Assembly (NCBI GenBank): GCA_001303025.1
Contig: LJNK01000008.1
Location: forward strand, 663-64,662
Direction: 5' to 3'
Length of the DNA stretch: 64,000 nucleotides
Source of the DNA: Deltaproteobacteria bacterium SG8_13
GTDB taxonomy: Bacteria; Desulfobacterota; Desulfobacteria; Desulfobacterales; SG8-13
The position numbers and the translations under genes are program-made. Below the pieces are notes generated by a model that had not been told where the DNA came from, did not search any database, and was given only the letters and a program-made list of their open reading frames with translations. This document shows, piece after piece, positions 28,455-36,880 of this stretch. Numbering within the stretch: the first letter of the stretch is position 1; each line of letters starts with the position of its first letter.

Positions 28455-31346
28455 CTACAGTAAGTGACGCTGCTCCAGCTGCACGATGCGGGGGGTGATA
28501 AAAATCAGCAGCTCGTTGGCCGTGTCGGTGATCTTTTGGTTCTTGAACAACCAACCCAGCAGCGGCACATCCTTGAGGCCCGGCCACCCGGTGACCGAAT
28601 CCTGTTCGTTTTTCTTGATGATCCCACCGATGACAATCGTGTCGCCGTCATTGACCAGCAGCTCCGTCTGGGCTTCGTTGGTGTTCAGAGAGGGTACGCC
28701 CAGGGTGATGGTGGCGATGTCGTTTTTGGTGAGAAAAATCTTCATCAGGATGCGATCATCCGGTGTCACACTCGGTGTGACTTCCAGCAGCAGATCGATG
28801 TTTTTGAAGCGTACCGTGGCGTTGCCGGCCGAGTCACGCTCCAGGTAAGGCCATTCGATGCCCTGCTTGATCTTGGCCTTTTTGTTGTCGAGGGTGACGA
28901 TTTTCGGTGCGGTAATGATCCGCCCCTTCTTGTTGGCCTCCACCGCGTTTAGCTGGGCATTGAGAACGAAACCGACGTTTCCGCCCATTTTTTGAAAACC
29001 GATACCGACCGTGGAGCCGGCCTCCGAAGGAAAGTTCATTGCAGAGGTGACATTGAGCTCATTTCCGTTGATGCTGATCGGGCCCCAATCCATATCCCAT
29101 TCGATCCCGAGCTCCATCTCGAATTCATTGTTGACCTCCACCACCTTGGCTTCGATGATTACCTGGGGCGTCACCGTGTCGATTCGCGCCACAATCTCCT
29201 TGATCTTGGCGATTTTGTCCGCCGTGTCGGTGACGATCAACTGATTGTTGCGTGAATCGACGCTGATTTTCCCCCGATCTTTGGTCAACACCGGGGTGAT
29301 GTGCGGCTTTATTTCCGAGTTGGCACTGGAGTAGCTGATCGGTATGTACTCGGTGACCAGCGGTTCCAGATCCTTGATGGCCTTCTTGGCGGCTCGTTCG
29401 GCTTGTATTCTTTGCTGGCGCTCCTTTGCCTCTGCTGTCAGGGTTTTCACGGTGCCGATGCGGACAATGTCACCCTCGTATACCATGCCCAGCTGGTTCA
29501 TCTTCAAGACCAGATCGAGGACCTGGTCCCAGGGAACCGGCTTGTCAAACGCCAGGGTCACCCGGCCGGTGACGTTTCTGTCGATGGCAAAGTTCTTACC
29601 GCTGATGTCCTGCAGAATTCGGAACACATTTTTGACATCGGTGTCGAAAAAATCGAGGGCAATCTTCTCTCCCGTGTATATCCGCCTTTCCTCCTCGACA
29701 TCTCCCACCATCGATTCATAGGCCGGCACTGGTGCTGTTGGCGGGAGCTCCGAATGCATCGCTGCAGGAAGCTGGGTGGGAGCGCCTGCGGCTGCCGTGG
29801 GGGTAGCCGCAGCAACAGGCGCCGGAACCGGCAGGGGCAGCGGCACTGCTTGGGTTTGCTCCACACCGGCATCAGCCGGCTGCGTCGCTGCAACGGCTGC
29901 CGCCGACGGTCTACCCTCAACCTCCTGGGGCGCGGCACCGGCATCGGTTTCCGTCATCACTTTTTTCCAGGAAGGCAGCCCCGCCTGCTCCAGTGGTTTG
30001 GGAGGAATGGCGGAGGCTTCCAACCGGATCAACAAGGTATCGTCCTTTTGTTCCACCTTGTAAGCAACTGCCTCGCGCAGTTCGATCGCCACGATGGAGG
30101 TGTCTTTCATCGCATCGGTCTGAAGCGGGGTGATACGGTTGGCCGCGCTTTCAAATCTCGTAGTGATCAAGGGGCGCTTGCGATACTCGGGAAGATGCGT
30201 GTTGTAGAGCCTGAGCTGAAGCAGTTTTTCGCCCTTTTCATCCAGGTCGTATCGAACCGGCCGGGTGGTACCGACAATGATGGTGGACTTTCCGGCCTCT
30301 TCGCTGCGAAAATCGAGGCGGTTGAGCCATGCGGGCCTTTCGGCATCTGCAGATCCGATTGCGGGCGGCGCCGCTTCCGGCGCGATTTCCGGTGGCGCTG
30401 GCGCCGGGGCGACTTCGCTGGCCACCTGCTGATCTGAAGGTGCTTCGGCAGCCCTGACCTGCGGGCGCGCCGGGGTTGTTGCCGCCTGCTTGTCTTCAGC
30501 GACCAGAATCATCAACCCGTCTTCGACAGGCACGGCGGTGAAGGTCTTTAGATACGGCTTTTTGGTGTCGAGCACAACGCGAACCTTGTCCGGATAACCC
30601 TGATGGCGCACTTTTGCGACCCACGGAGTGTTGACTTTCAGCACCTGCTGCCCCTTGTAGGGGCTCTGAAGCCCGGAAATGTCGAAGACGATTCGAGGCG
30701 GGTTGTCAAGCACGAAACTTTTGTAGTCTTTTACGGCACCGTCCGCGCTTATGGTTACCCGGGTCTGGTTTTCCGACTTGACGGCATACACCCCCTTTAA
30801 TTTGCTCGCAACACCGGCGGCAAGCGTTGCCGTCGCCGGGACCGCGGCTGCCGGTTCGGCGCCGGCTTGCGAATCTATAGCTCCCGCGGGTTTGGCAAAG
30901 GCGATGCGGATGCCCGTTCCTTCAGGCGTCACCTCATAGGGGGTGTCTTTTTTCAGGGAAATCAATATTCGGGACATGTCCTGGGTTTCACTGACCAGCG
31001 AGGTTTCGACCGATTCCACGATATCGTTGTCCGCTGCGATCGAGGCCATGATACCCGGATCGATTCCGGTCTCGGGAAAATAAAACAACACTCCCAGCGG
31101 CAGGTTCTGTTTTACCGAAGTGTAGGTCAACTGACGGTTTCCCTTCACCAGAACCAGATAGGATCCCGCATCTTCGGTTGCAATTACCTCGGTAATCTGT
31201 TTGCTGCCGGCAGATGCGGCGCTGCTCTCCAGCCGGTCCTGCTGGACGGACTTCTGGGAAGCACAGGCAGCGGCCATCATCATCGCCAGGATGGCAAGCA
31301 TGATCAGCAAGGCACTGTTTCGGATACGGTTGTTGGGTTTCATCAT
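28455..31346 (-). CDS. pilQ: Type IV pilus secretin PilQ with three AMIN-like N-terminal modules
   Basis: The C-terminal secretin core is GGNVGFVLNAQLNAVEANKKGRIITAPKIVTLDNKKAKI..VPLLGWLFKNQ. An N0/STN-like module is present (ALDFFDTDVKNVFRILQDISG). Three AMIN-like blocks are separated by Pro/Ala linkers. The likely start MMKPNN at 31346 follows a GGAGA Shine-Dalgarno just after the pilP stop. The ORF is open to 31373. Confidence 0.92.
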   Translation of the reverse strand: MMKPNNRIRNSALLIMLAILAMMMAAACASQKSVQQDRLESSAASAGSKQITEVIATEDAGSYLVLVKGNRQLTYTSVKQNLPLGVLFYFPETGIDPGIMASIAADNDIVESVETSLVSETQDMSRILISLKKDTPYEVTPEGTGIRIAFAKPAGAIDSQAGAEPAAAVPATATLAAGVASKLKGVYAVKSENQTRVTISADGAVKDYKSFVLDNPPRIVFDISGLQSPYKGQQVLKVNTPWVAKVRHQGYPDKVRVVLDTKKPYLKTFTAVPVEDGLMILVAEDKQAATTPARPQVRAAEAPSDQQVASEVAPAPAPPEIAPEAAPPAIGSADAERPAWLNRLDFRSEEAGKSTIIVGTTRPVRYDLDEKGEKLLQLRLYNTHLPEYRKRPLITTRFESAANRITPLQTDAMKDTSIVAIELREAVAYKVEQKDDTLLIRLEASAIPPKPLEQAGLPSWKKVMTETDAGAAPQEVEGRPSAAAVAATQPADAGVEQTQAVPLPLPVPAPVAAATPTAAAGAPTQLPAAMHSELPPTAPVPAYESMVGDVEEERRIYTGEKIALDFFDTDVKNVFRILQDISGKNFAIDRNVTGRVTLAFDKPVPWDQVLDLVLKMNQLGMVYEGDIVRIGTVKTLTAEAKERQQRIQAERAAKKAIKDLEPLVTEYIPISYSSANSEIKPHITPVLTKDRGKISVDSRNNQLIVTDTADKIAKIKEIVARIDTVTPQVIIEAKVVEVNNEFEMELGIEWDMDWGPISINGNELNVTSAMNFPSEAGSTVGIGFQKMGGNVGFVLNAQLNAVEANKKGRIITAPKIVTLDNKKAKIKQGIEWPYLERDSAGNATVRFKNIDLLLEVTPSVTPDDRILMKIFLTKNDIATITLGVPSLNTNEAQTELLVNDGDTIVIGGIIKKNEQDSVTGWPGLKDVPLLGWLFKNQKITDTANELLIFITPRIVQLEQRHLL

Positions 31347-31347
31347 G

Positions 31348-32292
31348 TTATTTTTCTCCGACTGGTTTCGCAAGTTTAAGCTCCTGCTTGCGCTTGGTCA
31401 GTTTCCCGACAATATCTTCGATTTCTTCTTCGATAACTACGCGGCCCTTTTCGATGTCGACCACTTTTCCGCCATCCAGGCCAATGTAGGTCCCGTTTCG
31501 GATGACATAACCCTTTCCCGAGGCCTCCTGCACCAGTGCCCGGTTACCGCTGGGGGCCAGGATGATCGCCGTTAACTTCAGCTGGCTCAGGGATATCTTT
31601 TCCAGCGGAGTCCGCGGGATGCGCCGCCTGGGAGTCGGCTTTGTAGGCAGCAAGGGCTTTTCCTGAAACAGCGGAGTAAACGGGTCGGTTTTTCCTGCTG
31701 GATTATAGGCCGGCGGCGGCCCTTTCTTTTTGGCACCCGGCTTCTTTATGTCAGGTGGCTTCTCTTTTTCGGCCGGTTGTTTCTTTTCCGGTTCCTTTTT
31801 AGCTGCGGCCGGAGTTGCCCCGGGTCTGCCTTCGGACGGTTCCGACCTGGGTTGCAAAGCGGTCTTCACCGATTCGGCCGCCTGCAGAGCTGCCGTGTCG
31901 CCCTCCTGCAACACCGGCGGCGCGGGTTTGCTGGCAACCGCACCTGGAGATTGAGCGGGTACCGGCTGGCGGGCAATGTCGGACTTCGGGCGCAACCCTT
32001 TCTGGGAAATAGCGTCGACCTTGCCGGAAGAAACCGATGGCGAAGCCGTTTCGCTGCGCGGCGGACTTGCCTTGGCAATATCGGCCCTGGGCCTGGGGGC
32101 AGATGCTTTCCCCACTGCCGGCCGTGACTGCTTTTTGCGCGCCGTCGACGGGGATTTTGCGGCAACGGTAATTTTTTTCCGGACCACCTTTGGCTTGCGG
32201 GCAGTGTCCGGCTGATCGCCGCAGCCCCACGCAAAGACCGCTGCTATCAGAATACAGGCCAGTCTGCCGGTAATGGTTGCATGTCGCTTCAT
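31348..32292 (-). CDS. pilP: PilP-like pilus assembly lipoprotein with a long basic low-complexity linker
   Basis: The lipobox is AAVFAWGCG. A C-terminal PilP beta-domain is present (LSQLKLTAIILAPSGNRALVQEASGKGYVIRNGTYIG..GKVVDIEKGRVVI). It sits between pilO and pilQ. The start MKRHATI is at 32292, and the ORF is open to 32403. Confidence 0.8.
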   Translation of the reverse strand: MKRHATITGRLACILIAAVFAWGCGDQPDTARKPKVVRKKITVAAKSPSTARKKQSRPAVGKASAPRPRADIAKASPPRSETASPSVSSGKVDAISQKGLRPKSDIARQPVPAQSPGAVASKPAPPVLQEGDTAALQAAESVKTALQPRSEPSEGRPGATPAAAKKEPEKKQPAEKEKPPDIKKPGAKKKGPPPAYNPAGKTDPFTPLFQEKPLLPTKPTPRRRIPRTPLEKISLSQLKLTAIILAPSGNRALVQEASGKGYVIRNGTYIGLDGGKVVDIEKGRVVIEEEIEDIVGKLTKRKQELKLAKPVGEK

Positions 32293-32324
32293 CGTCAGTG
32301 TCAGTCTTCCGGTGTCCTGATCGG

Positions 32325-32957
32325 TTATTTCTTTTTGCGTCCCGTCGTCTTTTTCTTCTTTTTGGGCGCCTTTTCGATAAATTTGTATGTAACTGCCGTA
32401 CATACGGTTTCCAGTGACTTGGCTTTCTTTGTCGGCTTCATTTTGATGTTTTGAATGTTGACAACCCGCGGCAGCCTGGCGACCTTGTCAAAAAACAGGG
32501 CGACGTTGTGAAATTGGCCGTTGACTTTTATGTTGACCGGTATTTCCGCATAAAAATCCTTCGCACGCTCGCCTTTCGGCTGAAACAGGACAAATTCGAG
32601 ACCGGAATCCTTGCCGGACTGGGATATGCTGGACAGCAGCGAGGGAATCTCTTCTTTTTCCGGAAGCGATTTTTTCGCCAAACGGAACCGTGCCTCGGCT
32701 TTTTTCATTTTCTCCTGGAACTTTTTCAGATCGCGGGCATCAGCCTTGGCCTTGCGAAGCTGCTCCTGCAAATTGTTCAGATCGGTTTCCAGCTGGCCGA
32801 TGGTTTTGTACTTCGGCACATACAGGAGCCATACGAACAATCCGATCACCAGCAGAAAAATGCCGCTGCTGATCAGGATGCGATGCAACTGCGACAGCTT
32901 CTCGATCTTGTCGAAAAACGGCTCCAGGGCTTCAATTGACAGGTCCGGCTTTTTCAT
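32325..32957 (-). CDS. pilO: Type IV pilus assembly protein PilO
   Basis: It has a single TM helix, a coiled coil, and a PilO core (IPSLLSSISQSGKDSGLEFVLFQP..YAEIPVNIKVNGQFHNVALFFDKVARLPRVVNI). Its start overlaps the pilN stop. Confidence 0.85.
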   Translation of the reverse strand: MKKPDLSIEALEPFFDKIEKLSQLHRILISSGIFLLVIGLFVWLLYVPKYKTIGQLETDLNNLQEQLRKAKADARDLKKFQEKMKKAEARFRLAKKSLPEKEEIPSLLSSISQSGKDSGLEFVLFQPKGERAKDFYAEIPVNIKVNGQFHNVALFFDKVARLPRVVNIQNIKMKPTKKAKSLETVCTAVTYKFIEKAPKKKKKTTGRKKK

Positions 32958-33532
32958 TACTTTTTCTTCTTACCCTTTGCCTTCGGCTTGGGCCCTTTTT
33001 TGGTAGCAACGATATTAAATTCTTTCAGGCTCGATTTTTTATAGACCTTTTTATTGATCTTTTGCAGCTTCACCGATCCGAACATGCCGGTGCCTTCCAG
33101 GCGCGTCATGAAGTCGGCGACGGTGCGGTTGTCCAGGGCGATTCCCTTGATCTGAACCTTGTTGCCCTTGTTCTGGAATTCCGTGAACCACATCCGCTTG
33201 TCGATCACCTTGTCGGACATGGTTTCGAGCAGTGCGACTGAATCAAACCGGTTGCGCTGCAGCTTGTCGATCACCTGGGTTTTTTTCTGCAGGATCTCAA
33301 GTTGCTTTTTGATTCTTTTGATCTTCTCGGTGATTTTTTTATACTTGGCGACCTCTTTCTTGGTGTTTTCCACATCGGTGTTCAGGTCGTTGATCTTGGC
33401 GCCAAGACGCATGTTCCATGCAAAGGCGGCTATGATAAAAAAGAGGAACGTGAGCGCAAAGACCGACAGCTGGCGCCGAATATTTTCTTTTTTACGAGCC
33501 GCCCGAAACGGCAGTAGGTTGATCCGTATCAT
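32957..33532 (-). CDS. pilN: Type IV pilus assembly protein PilN
   Basis: MIRINLLPFRAARKKE is the INLLP signature. It has a single TM helix and a coiled coil. Its start overlaps the pilM stop by 4 nt. Confidence 0.88.
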   Translation of the reverse strand: MIRINLLPFRAARKKENIRRQLSVFALTFLFFIIAAFAWNMRLGAKINDLNTDVENTKKEVAKYKKITEKIKRIKKQLEILQKKTQVIDKLQRNRFDSVALLETMSDKVIDKRMWFTEFQNKGNKVQIKGIALDNRTVADFMTRLEGTGMFGSVKLQKINKKVYKKSSLKEFNIVATKKGPKPKAKGKKKK

Positions 33533-34581
33533 TTATCGTCAATCCTTCTGACGGCCAATCCCATGCTGATGGCCGCCTGGGGTGCAATTTGATCGATATA
33601 GGAAGCATCCAGGCTGCTGTCCAACTGGAAATTATTAAACGGATTGATGGTTTCCACCTCCGCCGACGCTTCTGCGGCCAGCAGCTGCCGGAAATCGGCG
33701 ATGTTCCCGCCGCCTCCGCTCAGCACGATCCGTTTGATTTGGTCATCGGGATACGTGGAGTAAAAAAAGTCCAATGCCCGCCGGATTTCCGTGCACCAGT
33801 CCGCTACAACGGATGTGATGATCTGCTTGAGGTCCTCATCGGAAATTTTATCGGTATGCCCGCCGAGCTTAACGGATTCGGACTCGTCGAAGGAGCAGTT
33901 CACCAGGGAAATGATTTTCTGATTGACCTGCCCGCAACCCAGAGACACATCCCGCATGAAAACCGAGTTGGGGCCTTTCAGAATATTCAGGGAAGTTTTG
34001 CTGGCACCGATATCGATCAGCGCAATATTTTCATCTTTGAGGTCGTAGTTGATTTCAAATATGTTCTGAAGGGCGAACGCCTCCACATCGATGATGCAGG
34101 GATTCAGACCGGCCAGGCCGACCAGGTTGATGTAGTCGTTGACCATCTCTTTTTTGGCCGCCACCAGAAAGACGTTCATCTGGTTGGGATTGTTTTCATT
34201 GGGGCCCAGGATTTGAAAATCGAGGTTTACATCGCTGATATCGAAAGGAATATACTGTTCGGCTTCAAAATGAATGGTCTCCTGGAGCTGATCTTCTGCC
34301 ATGGTCTGGACGTTGATCTTTTTTACGATGACCGAATATCCGCCGATGGAAATCGCAACGTTCTTTTCGCGCAGGTTGTAAGATTTGAACAACCCCCGTA
34401 TCGCTTCTGCGACTTCTTCCGGTTCATTGATGGCGCCGTCTTCTATCAACCCCGGCTGAATATCCGCCATTCCGAAACGCTTGAGGCTTCGGCCTTTTTT
34501 GGTCTCGACAATCTCGGCTGCCTTGATGGTTCTCGAGCCGATATCCAGACCGATCAGGTGTTCTTTTTTTCCGAATATCAT
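33529..34581 (-). CDS. pilM: Type IV pilus assembly ATPase-fold protein PilM
   Basis: LIGLDIGSRTIKAAEIV..LIDIGASKTSLNI..IVLSGGGGNI shows the actin-like ASKHA fold. The likely start is MIFGKKEH at 34581. Confidence 0.9.
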   Translation of the reverse strand: MIFGKKEHLIGLDIGSRTIKAAEIVETKKGRSLKRFGMADIQPGLIEDGAINEPEEVAEAIRGLFKSYNLREKNVAISIGGYSVIVKKINVQTMAEDQLQETIHFEAEQYIPFDISDVNLDFQILGPNENNPNQMNVFLVAAKKEMVNDYINLVGLAGLNPCIIDVEAFALQNIFEINYDLKDENIALIDIGASKTSLNILKGPNSVFMRDVSLGCGQVNQKIISLVNCSFDESESVKLGGHTDKISDEDLKQIITSVVADWCTEIRRALDFFYSTYPDDQIKRIVLSGGGGNIADFRQLLAAEASAEVETINPFNNFQLDSSLDASYIDQIAPQAAISMGLAVRRIDDK

Positions 34582-34585
34582 CGAA

Positions 34586-34786
34586 TTATTCGTCCTTAAA
34601 AATCTTGTCCTTGTCTGAAAGACGCAAGCCAAGGGCAAGGATGATTTTTCGTTTGGTATCCATCCGGCACGGCAGGCCATTTTCGATTCGAGAGATGGTA
34701 ATCGGGGACACTTTAGCGGCGCGCGCCAGTTCTGCCTTGCTCATCAAAAGTGCTTCTCTGGCTCTTCTTAATGCGTTTTCTTTCAT
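34586..34786 (-). CDS. Small XRE-family helix-turn-helix protein (66 aa)
   Basis: MKENALRRAREALLMSKAELARAAKVSPITISRIENG is an HTH_3-type motif. The stop lies 4 nt before the pilM ATG. The ORF is open to 34885, but that extension is Arg/His-rich and overlaps promoter-like elements. Confidence 0.7.
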   Translation of the reverse strand: MKENALRRAREALLMSKAELARAAKVSPITISRIENGLPCRMDTKRKIILALGLRLSDKDKIFKDE

Positions 34787-34868
34787 TGGACCGATTCTTC
34801 TGAGGTTTGGAAGCCGTGGATGGGAAGTCGTCTGTCTCGCCCGATGCCTACCGAATGAGTGATATGAT

Positions 34869-34884
34869 CGCATTATTTGAGCCA
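34869..34884 (-). promoter_or_regulatory. Sigma-54-like -24/-12 element upstream of the XRE-pilMNOPQ operon
   Basis: The minus strand reads TGGCTC-AAATA-ATGCG against the consensus TGGCAC-N5-TTGCA. GG and GC are at the exact consensus spacing. A possible sigma-70 -35 (TTGACT, 34892-34887) sits just upstream. The element lies about 85-100 nt upstream of the ATG at 34786. Confidence 0.35.
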
Positions 34885-34897
34885 TAAGTCAAGCTAA

Positions 34898-34925
34898 TTA
34901 CAGTATAATTATGTATAATTATAAT
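34898..34925 (+). promoter_or_regulatory. AT-rich island with three TATAAT hexamers (candidate plus-strand promoter and/or bending site)
   Basis: TTACAG (34898-34903) is followed by TATAAT at 34904, 34914 and 34920. TTACAG-16 nt-TATAAT fits a sigma-70 promoter pointing toward 35451. The surrounding roughly 70 nt are strongly AT-rich compared with the rest of the window. Confidence 0.35.
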
Positions 34926-35450
34926 AAGTTAAGATATGTTGTGACATGGTTTTGTCGAAACTACCAGATATGGGGGTATGACCCGGTAAGGTTCCATAGC
35001 GATAGGGGTTGTTCCAATATGACGGATCGACAACCAAAATCATACTACCGCCCCGACTGCTGAATCGCCGCACCGGTCACGAACGCCGGCGGCGGTCGCT
35101 ATGATCCATCGACTGGTTCGCTTTCAGCGCCCAGGGGATTCCATGAACACCTAATCGATACCCGCAGCCACGCTGGCCGGTTGGTGATTGCCTGCCCTCC
35201 TTCACCCGCCTGAGGCATAGCCGAACAGCCTCTATGTCTGGTGTAGGCGAGGAAATCGTGCAGGCTCCCATCCATCTATCAAGTGATATTTTATCACGCT
35301 TTGGGCTTCTTCGGTATCGCTTTTTCCGTTGATTGCAAAAATCTGATGGCCGTGTTAATTTTTCCCAACCTGCGAATCGCCGCAGTCGCTTCAAATGACA
35401 AAAGCGTCGGCCAGGCGAAAACTGCCTCCTGCCGCCATTGAAGATGCCGA

Positions 35451-36878
35451 ATGCCGAAAACCGAAAACCGTATCGAAGAAAAAGTCAAACCGTTTCGGCT
35501 GGTGAAATACTTCACCGTTACCAGCCTGGTTTTCGTATTCCTGGGAACCATCGTGCTTTCCATTCTCAATACGCACTGGGCCCGGGCTATGCTGCGTCAA
35601 AACAGTGAGGATTATGCCCTGTTGATTGTGGAAAACCTCAACCACCAGGTCTTTTTACAGTTTGTGCTTCCGATCGCCCTGAAATATGGACAGATCCAAC
35701 TCAGAAACAAGGAGCAGTACGATCGCCTCGACCAGGTCGTTCGCAACACACTGCACAGCTTTAATGTAGAGACGGTCAACATCTACGATATAGACAATAC
35801 GATCTCCTATAGTTTCAACCCGGAGCTGGTAGGTCGCGGGAGCATGGGTGGAACCGGTTATCGGAAAGCCTTGGGAGGCGAGCGGGTTTCCCGACAAATC
35901 CAGCAGGGAAACTTCGTGGAGATTCTGCTGGGAATTCCCAGGGAAAGCCGGATGATTACCTTCGCTCCGCTGCGGGCGGAAAAGCTTCCGTCGCTGATTT
36001 CCGGGCCGATATTGGGAGTGGTGGAAATCGTTCAGGATCTGTCCGAAGAATACAAAACCATTTTTCGCTACCAGATCCTGGTGATCTGCACCAGCGCTCT
36101 GGTCATGCTCGTGCTCTTTATATTCCTCGTTTTTGTGGTTCGTCGCGGTGAAAGAATTATCGAGGCTCGCGCGCTGGAGCGAATGCGATTGAAGGAGCAG
36201 CTCAGTCGGGCCGAGCACTTGTCTTCCCTCGGGGAAATGGCGGCGGCCATATCCCATGAAATACGGAACCCGCTCGGCATCATTCGCAGCTCTTCGGAGT
36301 TGTTAAAAAAGAAAATCTCCGCTGTCGACCCGTCCAACCCGGTGCCGGACATCATCATTGAAGAGTCTTCCCGTCTGAACAGCATCATCACCGACTTCCT
36401 TAATTTTGCCCGGCCCAGAACTCCCGCCCTAATTCCCTGCAATGTGGAGGATGTCGTTGAGAAAAACCTCACCTTCCTTTCCACCCAACGGGAAATGGGC
36501 AAATACCGGTTCCACAAAGAGTTCCACGGTGACCTGCCGGAAATATCCGCTGATTCAGCCATGCTGTATCAGGCGTTTTTGAATATCCTCATCAATGCAA
36601 TCCAGGCCATGCCCGACGGGGGAAGGATCACGATCAAAACCGGTATTAATCATCAATCGGTGGAAGTGTCATTCGAAGACGAAGGCGGCGGGATTCCGAA
36701 TGAGTTGCTGGAAAGAATTTGGAATCCGTTTTTCACCACCAAAGAAAAGGGAACCGGCCTGGGGTTGGGGATTGTCAAAAAGATCATTGAAATGCACGGT
36801 GGTCGGATAGCGATCCAAAACCGGCCCGAAGGCGGCTCTTATGTGATGATAACCCTGCCGATCGAATCCGGAGGCTGA
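35451..36878 (+). CDS. Sensor histidine kinase (two TM helices flanking a ~170-aa periplasmic domain)
   Basis: TM1 is FTVTSLVFVFLGTIVLSIL and TM2 is ILVICTSALVMLVLFIFLVFVV. The H-box is AAISHEIRNPLGII, with an N-box LNILINAIQA and G-boxes DEGGGI..GTGLGLGIV. Confidence 0.88.
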   Translation: MPKTENRIEEKVKPFRLVKYFTVTSLVFVFLGTIVLSILNTHWARAMLRQNSEDYALLIVENLNHQVFLQFVLPIALKYGQIQLRNKEQYDRLDQVVRNTLHSFNVETVNIYDIDNTISYSFNPELVGRGSMGGTGYRKALGGERVSRQIQQGNFVEILLGIPRESRMITFAPLRAEKLPSLISGPILGVVEIVQDLSEEYKTIFRYQILVICTSALVMLVLFIFLVFVVRRGERIIEARALERMRLKEQLSRAEHLSSLGEMAAAISHEIRNPLGIIRSSSELLKKKISAVDPSNPVPDIIIEESSRLNSIITDFLNFARPRTPALIPCNVEDVVEKNLTFLSTQREMGKYRFHKEFHGDLPEISADSAMLYQAFLNILINAIQAMPDGGRITIKTGINHQSVEVSFEDEGGGIPNELLERIWNPFFTTKEKGTGLGLGIVKKIIEMHGGRIAIQNRPEGGSYVMITLPIESGG

Positions 36879-36880
36879 TA

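Noticed and set aside
34972-35060. tmRNA- or tRNA-like start (GGGGGTATGACCCGG..) in the large intergenic gap
   Set aside because: It lacks the conserved GGAUUCGAC-type 5' region, a tag reading frame and a T-loop/ACCA 3' end. No GGTTCGAATCC-like T-arm occurs anywhere in the gaps of this window.
35077-35394. 105-aa minus-strand ORF inside the 664-bp gap
   Set aside because: Its composition is Arg/Ser/Cys/Gly-rich with no Shine-Dalgarno and no motif. It points into the AT-rich island without a plausible promoter.
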